In this document: piece after piece, positions 1 through 13,489 of the stretch
Numbering within the stretch: position 1 is the first letter of the stretch
How the letters are laid out: each line of letters begins with the position of its first letter
Assembly (NCBI GenBank): GCA_040954595.2
Contig: CM082588.2
Coordinates: 10,896,844-10,960,843, forward strand
Direction of reading: 5' to 3'
DNA: 64,000 nt
From: Balanoglossus misakiensis
Taxonomy: Eukaryota > Animalia > Hemichordata
Position numbers and translations under genes: made by a program
The notes under the pieces: model-generated
What the model saw: only the letters and a program-made list of their open reading frames with translations
Database searches by the model: none
What the model was told of the DNA's origin: nothing

Positions 1-7
1 TGAACAA

Positions 8-1927
8 ATGCAAAGTAATGGTTCATATCAACCAGTGTACTATGTTAGCAGAAAGCTTACACATGTTGAGTCGAGGTACTCTCAGTTTGAGCGAGAGGCG
101 CTTGGAGTTAAATGGGCATGTGAGAAACTTCAGCAGTTTCTGCTAGGCAGTCATTTTGAGGTCAGAACTGACCATAAGCCTTTATTGAAAGTATTCAGCC
201 CTAACTCCAGGCCCCCTTCAGCTAGAATTGAGAGATGGCTGTTATATATGCAACAATTTGATTATCATATCACCCATATCAAGGGAAAGAATAATTATGC
301 GGACATGTTGAGTAGATTGCCCGTGGACGAACCATCTGACAACTATTGTAGAGAGACTGAAGATTTTGCATGTAGTGTTGTTTTAGAGGCTATGCCATCT
401 GCTATCACCCCACGTGATATTGAGAGAGAATCTGCAAAAGACCAGAGCTTGCAATTGGTTGAAAAGTGTATTACCTCTGCAAATTGGTCAAAATTGAAGT
501 CTTCACCCTATTGGCATGTGAAAGACGAATTATGGTTGTATGGCAGATTGATCATGCGTGGTAACAGATTGGTTGTTCCTCAAGTTTTGCAAAGAAAAAT
601 CTTGAAAATTGCACACCAGGGTCATCAGGGAATTGTGAGGACAAAGGCTCGTTTACGTGACAGAGTTTGGTGGCCAGGAATGGACAGGGATGTGGAAAAA
701 CTGATACGATCCTGTCATCCATGTCAATTGGTCAGTGCCAGGCCAAACCCAGAGCCATTATTACCCACACAGTTACCTGAAGGACCATGGTTCGATTTAG
801 CAGTTGATCTTTTGGATGTATGTGATGGTGAGAAATTACTAGTGGTAACTGATTTATACTCTAGATGGCCTGAAGTAGTTTTGTTAAAGAAAACAGATGC
901 TGCCCATGTCATAAAAGCCATGGAAGCTATGTTTCTTACACATGGGTTGCCTTACTGTGTCAAATCAGACAATGGTCCACCTTTTACCTCAGCCGAGTTT
1001 GAAGGTTTCCTTGATTACTTAGGTATTGATCATGAATATTCCATTCCATACTGGCCTCAGAGCAATGGAAGTGTTGAGAGGCTGAATGAAATAATTTTGA
1101 AGTCTGTACGAATTGCTAAATTGCAAAAGAAAAGTTGGTACAAAGATTTGACACATTTTCTATTTGAATATAGAAATACACCCCATACTGTGACAGGCAT
1201 ATCTCCTGCTATGGCTCTGATGGGAAGAGAGTTTAGGGACAAAATTCCTAGACTGAGAATTCCATCCCAAACAATCAATGAGTCTGATTGGCAAATCAAA
1301 ATGAGAGAAAGAAACAACAGAATGAAAATGAAACAAAAGTTCTATGCCGACAACAGGAGACATGCCACTTCCTCAGATATCAGGGAAGGTGATACTGTTT
1401 TGCTCCAGCAAGCATTTAGGCAAAACAAACTCACTCCCAATTTCGAGACAGAACCATACAAAGTCATCCAGAAAGATGGAGGTGCGTTAGTATTGGAAAA
1501 CTCCAAAGGTGTAAAAAGAAGGTCCACTGGACATGTAAAGAAATATGTTGAGGAATATCCAGAATTTTCCTTCCAGGGCACTGAATGGAACTCCAAACAT
1601 TTGACATATGAACAACCTCAAAGGGTTCAAAATGGTGTTCCATCCTGTAACCCCCATATCCATGATTTGTCTACACATAACAACCTGGATAACTTGCCAG
1701 TATAACCCGTCTGTTCTAGTCAGAAATCAACTGGACCAGCATGTCCTAGTCCTGTTTCACCTACTGGTACAGCATCGTTGGAAACGATTGTAAATGTTCC
1801 TCCAACAATGCCAGTGACAAATTCACCTAAGACAAATGTAAACCCCAATAGTACTGATGTGAGACGCTCAACAAGAATAAAATCTAAACCTCCTTGGCAC
1901 AAAGACTATTGCATGCCAGAAGGATAG
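8..1927 (+). pseudogene. Ty3/Gypsy pol C-terminal part (RNase H, HHCC zinc finger, DDE integrase), with a premature stop at 1703-1705
   Basis: Motifs YSQFEREAL, TDHKPL, NNYADMLSRL, H-QGH...CHPC, LAVDL, SDNGPPF and NGSVERLN. The same frame resumes after TAA (1703-1705) and reaches the typical retroelement tail RRSTRIKSKPPWHKDY, ending at TAG 1925-1927. The ORF runs off the left edge. Confidence 0.92.
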
Positions 1928-2178
1928 ATTATATTGACATAAGACTGTCCACAAACATTATGGAATGAGTTTCTGTAGAGCAAATTTTCTCTTGGAGATT
2001 TGTATTTTCCTAGTTATGAAGTTCTCAAGTTCTTGTTAAGGTTAAGGTTCTGTTTGTTTTCGTTTGTTAGAACATGATCATTCACAAAGCATTACAATTT
2101 GACAGTGTTGGCAAATTTCATACTTTCCAAAGCGAGTTGTAAACTTAAAGTACAAGTTTTCTTCTAAAGTTGAGGAGA

Positions 2179-2332
2179 TGTGATAGTATTGTCATGATCA
2201 CGTGATTGTCACATGGTCTGTATACGTGATTTCCTGTAACTGTTAGTTCCCGCGTGGTTGTCATTCAATAAACATCACTTCTGTGGAACTCCGTCGTTGT
2301 CGACTGTCAATAACCCCTCCCCGGACATCACA
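2179..2332 (+). mobile_element. Short (154 bp) 3' LTR of the Gypsy element
   Basis: Purine-rich tract (aaagttgaggaga) immediately followed by TGTGAT...ATCACA inverted ends; AATAAA at 2267-2272. The 5' LTR lies outside the window. Confidence 0.75.
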
Positions 2333-2361
2333 ATCATGAGTGTATTCTGTGTTTTTTTAAG

Positions 2362-2466
2362 GCTGCACAAAACAAAGAGTGCAAACCACTGCTGAAATGG
2401 GTGACCCACATTGTGAACCACTTTTGGTATTGTTGTCAAAAAGCATCAGATATGGACAAGTTTCTG
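2362..2466 (+). CDS. Isolated exon of a Mutator-like (MULE) transposase gene or remnant
   Basis: ttttttaag| acceptor and |gtaagt donor flank 105 nt encoding AAQNKECKPLLKWVTHIVNHFWYCCQKASDMDKFL. This resembles the C-x2-L-x2-W-x3-I-x-NH-x-W-x-C motif of invertebrate Mutator-like transposases. Confidence 0.6.
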
Positions 2467-2729
2467 GTAAGTATTACTTATCATCAGCTAGCCTAGATGT
2501 TAAAATGTGTGATACTATAGAGACTTCTTAGGGTAATCTTAAAAATTAATATTTGATAATAAATATTGAGACATGTTTTAACATTCAATTGGATTGGTTG
2601 CTGCTGTTTTGCTGTGCATTGAACATGTCATAGTTCATGTTATTGCAATAGTGATTTATGGGATTGTAAACTTTACTAGGGCAGAGAATAAGTACCCCTG
2701 GCCCTTGCTAGGGCAGAGAATTGGTACCC

Positions 2730-3365
2730 CTGGTTAATACTTGGCAAAAAGCAATTTTATTTTACATTGCTAATGAAATGGTGACACTGAATCTGATTCT
2801 TTGCATCAGGGTAAATGGCGATGCAAGCTTGATGATGCATCCCGGTAGATAGTGATGCAAACACTTCACTTTGACATGGGTATTAAATGCATGTGGGGAT
2901 TAAAAGTTGACTGAAAATCCCTGGGTTAATACAAGTCCAAAAGCACTGAAATTTGACATAGCTAATACAATGGTGACATTGAATGTGATTCTTTGCATTA
3001 GGGGAAATGGCGTAGCAAGCCTAATGATGCATCAGTGTAGATGGTGATCCAAGCTCTGCGCTTTGGCATACGTATTTAATGCATGTGCATGGGTATTTAA
3101 TGTTGAATGTAAATTCCCAGGTTAATATATGCATGGGTATTTAATGTTGAATGTAAATTCCCAGGTTAATATATGCATGGGTATTTAATGTTGACTGTAA
3201 ATCCCTAGGTTAATACATGGCCATAAGTACTGTAAGGGGTAGATGGTGATGCAAGCTCTGCACTTTGACATGGGGATTAAATGCATGCTGAGGGGGATTT
3301 TAAGTTGTCTGTAAATCCCCAGGTTGATATGTGGCCAAAAGCACTGTAATTTGACATTGCTAATG
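2730..3365. repeat. Degenerate tandem repeats (~190-bp units, plus a 44-bp unit at 3087, 3131 and 3175)
   Basis: gcatgggtatttaatgttgaatgtaaattcccaggttaatatat recurs with a 44-bp period; the gctaat..aatggtgaca.tgaat.tgattctttgcat motif recurs. Confidence 0.7.
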
Positions 3366-3790
3366 ATGGTGAGCTGTACTCCCCAGGGAGTTGAATGGAA
3401 TGTTAAGGTCCAACGACCTAGGTCAAATGACCATGGAACAACTTTAAAGCATGTTGAGATTTAATGTGCTACATAAGTTATAAATATTATATTAATATTA
3501 TTACATAAACAACACTCTTACCTAGCTAAGGAAGTGGTCAGGTGAAAAATATTTGCAGAGCTGACCAATTATTTAAGGAATATTAAAGTTGGGTAATTTG
3601 GACGTATTCATACGGGTGTTGGTCAATGGAAAGTCCTTTGTTCATTTTCAAAATGGCAACCAAAAATGCGAACAAAACACACTGAATTATGTACGGGATA
3701 TTGGTGTTGCCTAATTTGCGTGTTTCCACATTTACTTAAACTCTCACAGGGAGACAAATGTCACAGCAAACGGAAAAATGACTATGCTAC
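3268..3790 (+). repeat. ~520-bp repeat, copy 1 (copy 2 at 7367-7896; partial copy at ~6800-7020)
   Basis: Near-identical runs such as aaggaagtggtcaggtgaaa, aaaatgcgaacaaaacacactgaatta and ctctcacagggagacaaatgtcacagcaaacggaaaaatga occur in both copies. Confidence 0.85.
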
Positions 3791-5689
3791 ACACAACACT
3801 TTTATTGATCATGGAAAATGTTCATGAGAATTGTGTTATGGTACTTTTCGGGGCTCACGACCTGTGTTATAGGAAATCTGACAAGGAATCCAAACTGTAC
3901 CACATACACAACACTTTAATTAAGCATGGGAAATGGTCCTGAGAACAATATTCTCAGAGTTGACAAACTGTGTTATCTGCGTTATATTGATGTTGTCTAA
4001 TTTACACGCCTGTACATTTATTTATACTCTGACTTTGAGCTTAATAAGGCAGCGCCTGCTAAGGTCAATTTCCCACGTACACTTTTAATTAGCATAGATA
4101 ATGATCATGATAACTTCATTTTCAGAGCTGACAAACTGTGTTATGTGAAATTCATGTTGCCTATTTCATGATAATGGCTTGTGGTACACAAGGGTTAACA
4201 GCAATCAGCAATTGCTTGTATGATAGGTATAATGATCGATTTACAAATTTCAATGGTATAATAATGGGCAACACATGTGGAAGTGTTTAATAAACAGTTA
4301 ACTGATGTGGTGATGGTTTGTGGTAAAATTGAGGGTACACAGATTATAATGGGCAAAACAATGAATATAATAGAGGTTGATGATGGTGAATGGTTTCATA
4401 TGAATGGTGTAATAAAGGTTAACAAATGTGGTGATAGCTTTGGTGTACAGGGCTGTTCATATCTTTAGTAATGACAAAGGTATAATAGTGATAAAAGCTT
4501 AAATAAGTGTTAGGGCACAATCTTCATGATGGTTCATTCATTGGTTAATGTGTATATTTTATTAATATCATGCTATTGTTTATCAGTTAGATCATAATCA
4601 GGGTTTTTCCATGCACATAGTCATCATGAATCAGCGGAATTCTTCTGAATAGTACCTGTGATCATTTTTGCGCACCGACGCATTGTACGCGACAGACATG
4701 CAGAAAATATTAACATGTAACTCACAGGCATAGTGTTAAATCTAAACGACTATATGTTAGATAAGCTTTACCTCCCCACCCCATCAAAATTCCAAATTTA
4801 GCTTGATGTGACGTTTTCGGGTAGTACCAATTCGGAAACTTTCATGGTTCATTCATTGAACCAAATATTGGATTTGACACACTGTGTCTTGGGTGGGTAA
4901 AGCATGGTGAAATGTTGGCAGTAAACTTTAACCAGACAGGTCACATGAAAGGAAGATTTTATCATTTGAGTTCGATGGCATACATGATAAGATATGTCAG
5001 TTCTGACACCATTTTTGCAGACGTAGATGCTGATGTATTTTTTCCATTGGACACAATACTCAAAGTCCAGTCTGTGTTTAAAATGATACCCTGGTCACAC
5101 ACAGTGAGAAATGTCAGCCTTTGACTTAATTATCTAATTTATGCATTGTTAACAATGCACTGTGACATTTACTGCATGTATTTTTCCCACTGTGGAAACT
5201 TACTATGCTTTGAATACATGTTCCCTAATGGGGTGTTAAAGGATACAGTAGGATCTGTTTCGGTAGCAAATATGACACTGTTTTCAACATATTTGACTGG
5301 TGGCAATATGTGGTTTTACGTTGGTATCCATCATGTAACTCAGATCACCTATATGAAGCTCCATAGTAAATTTCACAGAAGTCGGCTGATCAATTCCAGA
5401 AAAGTAGATTTTTTACCAAAAATGTGGAAAAAGACAAAAAAATGCATAACAAGTAGAAAATTCACACTATTAGCTTAAAACATACAGAAATGTGTGAGGC
5501 TAATATAAGGTACTATCATACCATTTTTTCAAATCAACATGACCAGGACTTGTCGTGTTTCTGAGTTTTGACCAAATTAAGGTTTTCCCAGCTAATTTGT
5601 ATATATTTTTGGCAATGACAACTTCGTTTGAACAAACTCCCATCTACAGCCTAGCATGCATCTACACACCAAATATCGAGGTTATTGGC

Positions 5690-5825
5690 GCAACGGTTTT
5701 CAAGTTTTTGATGTGTACGGACATACATCCATCTATCCGTCCATATGTCCATACATACATACAGACGCAACCAAATCCATAAGGTCCCACTGTATATACC
5801 TATACAAATGGGACCAAATAAAACA
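5690..5825 (+). mobile_element. Probable 3' end of a Helentron/HINE-like non-autonomous element
   Basis: acat/acag microsatellite followed by a ggtccca...tgggacc hairpin and an A-rich tail. Confidence 0.35.
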
Positions 5826-6596
5826 CACAAAAAATAACACTTAACATCTTACAGTGCAGGGCCTTGCTAGTTGATGTGGTACAATTCTATCATATCACTT
5901 CACAGCTGGTAGCCAAGGGCAGTGTTTGCACAGAGGAGCCTCCTGAATGTCTTCGCTCGTTCACACCTCTTCAGTGATAATGTCTGGATTACATTGACAT
6001 GAAACTGTTTGTTCAGTAGTGTTTCAACTGCCAGCTACCTGGGTTCATTTTACACCCAAACACTGAAAATATTGTAGCAGTCAATAATATAACCTACACA
6101 CTGTGTGAAATTCACCATGTTCTAAAGTAATGTTGATGTCTAATGTGCATTGTGACTTACAGGGCATGCACGGCTAAAGCTTGTCGAAAGTTGACAAAGC
6201 AAAAGACCAGACCAGTTGCCTGTTTTAAAATGTGCTTCATTCCAAGGACCTTGGCGATGAGTCATGAATTGGGGAACGTTCATGAGACCCATTTTTTTTC
6301 ACTGGACCAGCACATTTAATGATATGACCTTGAAATTGAACTGTTCCCAGGAGCTACTGAGAGTTGCCTTGTTTCACCCCCAAGTTACTACCTGGGGTTT
6401 TTACAATGTCGACAGTAGTTCCAAAAAAAAAAAACGTTGTACTTTTATGAATAATCGATTAGGGTAGATTTATTCATGGTAGTAAAACTTTTTGGCCTGC
6501 AGTTGCCAAACAAAGACAATTACAAGTAAGGGACTGGACGTAAACTACCAGGGGGAGCGCAGGGAAATTGACGAAAGCGATGGCCTCAAATTAATG

Positions 6597-6950
6597 TCAT
6601 AGTCCAGTGGTTAGAGCATCAGACCCATAATCAAAGAATCAAGAGTTTGATCCCTGGCATGGTTGTGGTGTTGTGTCCTCTGGCAAGGCAATTTACATCT
6701 CCTTGCCTCTCCCCGCCTATAAGAAAAGGGTAATTTGGTGGATCGGATATTGTAATGTGTATGTATAGGTCTGCTTTGCTGATATAAAAGCTGCACATGT
6801 GAGCTGTTGTTTGCTCCCCATGGAGTGGAATGGAATATTTTAGGTCCAACGACCTAGGTCAAATTACCATGGGAAACACTTCAAAGCAGCACATTGAGAT
6901 TTATTGCATAATGTGCTATATAAGTAATAAATATTATATTGATATTATTA
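6597..6950 (+). mobile_element. tRNA-derived SINE (degenerate)
   Basis: A-box-like tagtccagtggttagagc and B-box-like gagtttgatccc, then gttgtgtcctctggcaaggcaatttac (a core seen in deuterostome SINEs) and an AT-rich tail. Confidence 0.6.
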
Positions 6951-7023
6951 CATAAACAACACTCTTACTTAGCAAAGGAAGTGGTCAGGTGAACTATATT
7001 CGCAGAGCTGACCAATTGTTTAA

Positions 7024-7365
7024 AGGGGCAAAGTCTCTCATCGCTGCCTTTTTTCAATTAATTATGTATGATACAAGACGCCATTGATGTTATTCTACAT
7101 GTGGATATATGGTGAATCAACATTCGACCACACACAACTTCCGTCTCGTTTGTACGATATGAGAGTAAAAACTCGCCCAAAATGAATAAATGGTAAAGAA
7201 CGATTATTCATTTTGGCGAGTTTTTCACTCTCCTGTCTATAAGAGGGATGGAAGTTGTGTGTGGTTGAACGTTCATTCGCTATATATCCACATGTAGAAT
7301 AACAAACGGTGTCTCTTATCAAATATAATATGGGAAAAGGGCAGCGAGAGAGAGACTTTGTCCCT
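7024..7365. mobile_element. Kolobok-like MITE with long imperfect TIRs
   Basis: TTAA at 7020-7023, then aggggcaaagtctctcatcgctgcc ... ggcagcgagagagagactttgtccct; inner arms gttattctacatgtggatatat / atatatccacatgtagaataac. The right TTAA is missing. Confidence 0.7.
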
Positions 7366-7366
7366 C

Positions 7367-7896
7367 ACATGGGGATTAAATGCATATGCGTGTGTATTTA
7401 AAGTTAACTGTAAATCCCCAGGTTAATACGTGGCCAAAAGCACTGTAATTTGGCATTTCTAATGATGGTGAGATGTTGTTTGCTCCCCAGGGAGTTGAAT
7501 GGAATATTTAGGTCCAACATCCTAGCTCAAATGACCATGGGACAACTTAAAGCACGTTGAGATTTAATGTGCTACATAAGTTATAAATATTATAAAAATA
7601 TTATTACATAAACAACACTCTTCCTTAGCAAAGGAAGTGGTCAGGTGAAATATATTCGCAGAGCTGACCAATTCTTTAAGGAAAATTAAAGTTGGGTAAT
7701 TTGGATGTATTCATACGAGTGTTGGTCAATGATAGGAAAGTCCTTTGTTCATTTTCAAAATGAAAACCAAAAATGCGAACAAAACACACTGAATTACGTA
7801 TGGGATATTGATGTTGCCTAATTTGCGTGACTCTACATTTACTTAAACTCTCACAGGGAGACAAATGTCACAGCAAACGGAAAAATGATTATGCTA
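7367..7896 (+). repeat. ~520-bp repeat, copy 2
   Basis: Matches 3268-3790; truncated where the 2-kb duplicated segment begins. Confidence 0.85.
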
Positions 7897-7898
7897 AG

Positions 7899-9867
7899 CA
7901 ATACGCCAACCTTTAAAATATTACTTTAGAAAGTTTGTATTCATACTTTCTTCAAGTTGTCATAACGCTACCCCAAAATGTGTTTAAGTATTGCCTTTGT
8001 ATTAATGGGCTAGATTCATGGCGTTATATGTCATAAATTAAAAAGCCAACCCTTATTGATTTTGATAATATTTATGTCGGAGAATCCACAATGAAAAATA
8101 TGTATTTCAATTTCATAACTCAAAATGATTTTCAAATCCATGACCTTATTTTCAACTCCAGTGATCGTACATCCTGAACCTTGTGCCAGTAAATGATTGG
8201 CCATTACAGGGTTAATGGGCACTCTCCCGTTCTCTTCCTCCGCAGTTTCATTCATGTTCTTGTTTGACGGAAATGGGTGTGACCAGACGCTTGAATGTTT
8301 TCATGTGGGTGTCGTTGTTCATCGGGATCGGTCTCCTGGTGTGTCTGTACAGGTACGCAAGGAGAAACTGCCCACAAGAAGCTGCGAGTGAAACTATTTA
8401 AGGTAGTATGTGCCTCGCGGTCCGAGATTCAGACAAATGATAGTCCTCAAAACTTTTTCAAGTCTTTGATTTACTAAAGTGTATGGTGAGTCTCTTTGAA
8501 AACAACAAAAACATTACTCACCATATTGTTATTTTTTTGAAAGTTTAAAATGAAGTTGACAATGTACCAAACAGATTCTATTTATTTCTTCATGACCATG
8601 TTCACCCCAAGGTCATATGGACCTGCAAGTATATGCCAGAGCCAGAGTCGACATTACCGAAGCCAGAGTTCAAAGCTTGCAGGTCACCCCTTGCCAGCTC
8701 ATGTCTAGCTAAACTGCCATGGATGCCAAGAGATATAGGACTACAGTAACCTGTAGATGGTTTCAGTATGTTTGAAGAAAGTGGTGGCGCACTTTTGGCT
8801 ACATTTGAAATGGCTATGGTACCAGTGGTTGAATTTGCAAAGGTGACCTTTGACCTGGTATCATTAAAGATATTAAAGAACGATTGAACATTCCTTGTTG
8901 TCGTAAAATGACATCTGTAATAACTTATATTTTATCTGTTCATCTTGAAGTACTATATATTTAAACGCCAATTTTCCATTGCCAATCAAGTTTTTACAAA
9001 TAAATTGTAATATGCATGTTGATTTTACAAAAACTCCTTACTTCCAAGTGAATTCTGTTACACATCACGTAAATATTTTCCCCACGAATTCTTCAGTTGC
9101 TGACTCGGAAATTTCATATATTGGGCAGAAATTGGATACATTACCGAGCCATTAAAATTACAGTTTTCTATTTTAATTGATCTTCCATAACTTCAAGTAC
9201 TTTGATTTGACATAAATTAAAAACATCATGGTGAATAAATAAAAAATCTTTGATTATCTAATTGTGCATGTTTACATGGTTTTATTTTAGTATGCTGGGT
9301 ACTTAATGTCTAATTGCTCGCTGATTTTATACTGTTCAAGATGACAATCTAATTTTAGTTTTCAGCTGATAATGGAAATCACTGATTAAAAAAATTGAAT
9401 TTTGTCATGAATAAACTTGTTGTTCATGGCAGTTGCTGTATTTTGTTTCATGTGTATTCAATTTTTGCAAGAATACCATTGAGCACAGTTTGATTTGATT
9501 AAACACGTTTATCGGAAAATTTTGTCATTTGAAATATCTGTTTTTGCGCCCTCTACCATTTGACCAAATGATTCTCTTATTTTGGTGGCCTTTGTCTGTG
9601 TATATGAGAATACTATAGTACTCTCGCATCGATGATAGTAGAAGTTGAAAACGTCTCTTGCCACGTGGCCTAGAAGAAAGGTGATCTTTAGAGTAAAATA
9701 AAACAAACTATCCAGATAGGAAGCTAGAAAAGAAGTTGAATCGTTGAAATTTTATTTATTTTTATATTGTTAATATCGTTGGTGATGTTGACTGGCCGAC
9801 AATCTTTGTCACACCAGTATTTGCAGGTAGATTAAAACATTGCCTATTCCAGCAATAATCACAACAG
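7899..9867 (+). repeat. ~1.97-kb duplicated segment, copy 1
   Basis: caatacgccaacctttaaaatattac ... cagcaataatcacaacag is repeated nearly identically at 24701-26668; the same short ORFs appear twice in the ORF track. Confidence 0.95.
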
Positions 9868-10081
9868 TCTTACTTTTTCTATCTTTGTAAGCGTTAATCT
9901 TTATTGACCTCGCTTGTTGTTTTGTGTTTTTGTGTTGTTTTTGTTTTTGTTTTGTTTTTTTAGTAGTTTCATAATTTTATTTGTATTTTTAAAATGTTTT
10001 CCTGTTTTTTGTTTACTTTTTTATTTTTTTTACTATTTGTTGATTGTAATGCTGTATGGGTCTCGACTGTCGGTCCCAACT

Positions 10082-11378
10082 TGTCATATAATTAGGTAGT
10101 ACTGGAGTCAGTGGAAACCCAGGTGCCCGCATAATTTCAGGTGTAGTGACACCGTGTATTGTCATGTTAATGAATAGGGCTTCGTTAGCTAAGTTTCGTG
10201 TAGTAAGAGAGCACACTTCAATTTAGGTCTTGAAGGGAGCAACAAGTCGGGTCTCCCTGCTCAGTGAGTAGAAATACTAGGGGAAATATTGCACCATACC
10301 TTGCTGTGTCCATGTAATGCTGTAGCGCGCTTTAGTGCTCTCAGGACCACTGTTTCTGCAATTCGAGTGGAAGTAAATTCAGTACTTCTAGAAAGCAGAA
10401 TTGTGCTTATTCAGTGCAAACCGGTGTGGTCGGGCGATTGGCGTGGCTGGCATGGTCGTATGTGGTGTGGCTGGAAATTGCTCCAAGCAGAGTTCTGTGG
10501 AACCATCCTATAGACCCGGTATTGCTGAGCATGAAGTGTGGTGAAGAATTCTCGTGTAAGTAATGTATTTGTTTATTTATTTACTATAACTTAAATTTAT
10601 ATTTTATGGATATTTATGTCAAATTCGACAATTTGTAAGTAATAGGACGGTCATAGTTAAAGCATAATTTTCCATGATATCACATGTAATCATGACGCTT
10701 TAACTAGTCCAAATTTCTGATAATTATTATTGAGAAACGTCAGTATTCATTTGTGAACAGTTGCTAAGGTGGACATTTCAGTCAATGTTTGTTGATTTTT
10801 CATTCAGCCATTTAACCCAAGACTTGCATCTAACAAGTCAGTCTTCAGTGTGTTTACTTGACTACTGGAGGACTACAAGTGGTAGAAAACATGGTGTATC
10901 ACAGATTGTATGTGTAATGTGGATCGTCGCTACATCGTTCATCTATACAGGACTCCATCCCATATTGTGGTTGAATCATGATTGTTTACTATGAATGTTA
11001 TATACAGCTAAGTGACACTTACCATTGTTTAGACAATATGCAATAGACAATAAACTATAGTGATATTGTGAATATATTCATTTATGTAATATATTAAGTA
11101 ACCCATTGTATTGTATGACCAATTGTATCAGCATACCTGTACCTGCTAAATTGGTTAGGACAGAGACATTTGATATTGTGCATATTGTGCACAAAAATTA
11201 TATTCCTAGTATTATCTTTATATTATTTAATTGATTTAAATTAAATCAACTGTATTATTGTATCCGCACTGGTTTGTGTAGTTTCTCCCCATACCTTATC
11301 CACGGATGTTTACTCCTTGGCACTGAGAGCTGCTCAATATTTATCCTGGAATCAGAGGGGTGCCCTCCACCTCTGACA
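10082..11378 (+). repeat. 5' LTR of the Gmr1-like element
   Basis: TGTCA...TGACA ends. The start is also fixed by comparison with the uninterrupted motif gggtctcgactgtcggtcccaact|atagc near 27000. The end is fixed by the adjacent PBS. Confidence 0.8.
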
Positions 11379-11380
11379 TT

Positions 11381-11397
11381 TGGGGGCTCGTCCGGGA
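11381..11397 (+). promoter_or_regulatory. Primer-binding site complementary to the 3' end of tRNA-Pro
   Basis: TGGGGGCTCGTCCGGGA, 2 nt after the LTR terminal CA. Confidence 0.9.
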
Positions 11398-11716
11398 GTT
11401 TTATCGTTTTGTTGTGCATTTGTTTGTATACTATCATAAATTGTTGCCATATAGTGGAGACCATGGTTTTGATAGGTAGAGATTCTGCAAATTGTGAAGA
11501 CGGTGCTGGGTCTGTAGGCTGGTACTGTTACTGTATGTGCGCTTGTGGTTTCCTGCTATATAATATGGGCCGTGTTGGTTTGCGTCGTGCGTTTGGCTGT
11601 GTTGACTTGTGCTGAATGCCCTGTACTGCTAGGGGTTGTCAAACTGGGGGTTGTAAATCGCGATACAGCAAAGCATATATGCAGAAAGAATATCTAAGAT
11701 AGGGAGAAAATTTGGG

Positions 11717-13489
11717 TTGGAAGGGACTGCTTTAAAAGATTATGTTAGAGAGGAACAAATTAGACAGAGGGATCTTAGGGCTACTGAGAGAGAGGAGCAG
11801 AGAGAAGATAATAGGCGGCGCGAGGAACATGAGAGAGAGATACTGAAAATGCAAATTCACTTACAAGAATTAAAATTGAAAGGGGAAAATACAGAACAGC
11901 AGGTTACTGAAAATAATTTGGCCAAAGCGCGTGCTCCGAGACTACAGGGTTTTCGTGAGGATGTTGATGATATGGATGCGTACCTTCAACGTTTTCAGCG
12001 CTACGCCACTGCTCAGAAGTGGGAAAAAGATGACTGGGGGTGAATCTCAGTGCATATTGTTACAAGGTAAGGATGTATCCACATACAACCAAATGCCTGC
12101 AGCGTCTGCAAATAATTATGATGAATTGAAACCAGAGTTATTGAGGGCTTACCAGTTAAGTGAGGAGAGTTTTCATGACAAGTTCCGTTCGTGTATGCCA
12201 CATTATGATGAAAGTGCTCAAAAGTTTATGGACCGTATTGGTGACTATTTGGGCAGATGGGTAGAACTGGCTGGTACTCCAAAGACGTACAATGGGCTTA
12301 CAGATCTGTTACTTCGAGAGCAGTTTATTGGAGTATGTTCCAGAGACATGGCAATGTTCATTAGAGAGCGACGGCCAGAGAATGTCCAAGAGATGGTATC
12401 TACTGCCTCAAAATACTTAGATGCCCGAGGGTGGTGGAAACTGCCAAGTAATGCCAAGAATAATCCAAGGAGCCAGCCGACAGCAAATACCAAGCCTGCT
12501 GTATATCCAAATCAAGTAAATAAGTTTAATAACAAAACCAATGGTTCCCATGTTTTTAAAGGTACGTGCTTCGTATGTGGTAAAGGTGGTCATATGGCCA
12601 AAGATTGTAGAAGTAAGCCAAAGATGCATAAGACGGCGGTATTGTTAACTGAAGAAGATAGAAACTATCCACCTAAACAAGAATGTACACATTGGGGCAA
12701 CCGTCAACAGCCCAGGGGACTAGACACTGGTTATGCATGTATGGTGGTAGCAATGGAAATAGATAAAACAGATGCAACACTGAATAAGGAGTTCGTGTTA
12801 CCATGTGGTCATAAGCTCCCAGTGATGAGTGCTGCTTGTAGTGCCCATGGAGTGAAGAAGATGCCGGTAATGAAGGGATTGCTCGATGGTAAGCTGGTTA
12901 GCGTTTTGCGTGATAGTGGGTGTAGTAGCGTGGTAGTTCGAAGAAGTCTGGTGTCAAGTAATCAGCTGACTGGTGAGTACAGGACGTGTGTTCTGATAGA
13001 TGGGACTATTAGAAGAGTACCTGTAGCCTCTATAAAAGTTGATACCCCTTACTTTGTCGGTGATGTTACTGCACTGTGCATGATGAACCATGTGTATGAT
13101 TTAATACTGGGCAACATTGATGGTGTATCTGACCCTTCGAATCCTGATACTACATGGCAGGAACCATTGCCGACATGTAGACTGTGTACAACTGTTGGAC
13201 AGGTACCAGGTTTAGCAAATGCTGTGGAGACCAGAGCCCAGAAGATAGCCAACCAAAAACCAATCAGAGAGCTTAAAGTACCTAAAGCTGTTGGTGAAGT
13301 GGTGATGCCAGGGAAGCTTCAACAAGCTCAAGAAGAAGACTCCACTCTTGACAAACTACGTGAGAAGGCAATTTTGGGTGACGAGAAAGTGACTAGGAAT
13401 GGAGGTAGGTTGAAGTTCATCATGAAAGATGGGATCCTGTACAGAGAGTTCAATTCGCCAATGGTCCAATTTGGTGAAAAGCTGTTACA
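11717..13489 (+). pseudogene. Gmr1 gag-protease (frameshift near 12040)
   Basis: Coiled coil, DDMDAYLQRFQRYA, SCAN-like DLLLREQF...FIRERRPENVQEM, CFVCGKGGHMAKDC, VLRDSGCS and YDLILGN. The ORF tail after 13489 reads into the inserted transposon. Confidence 0.88.

Noticed and set aside
4277-5844. Short ORFs of 60-110 aa
   Set aside because: No recognisable motifs, non-ATG starts in several cases, and they lie in repeat-like AT-rich DNA.
6597-6670. Functional tRNA gene
   Set aside because: Degenerate boxes and no good cloverleaf; it continues into a SINE body.
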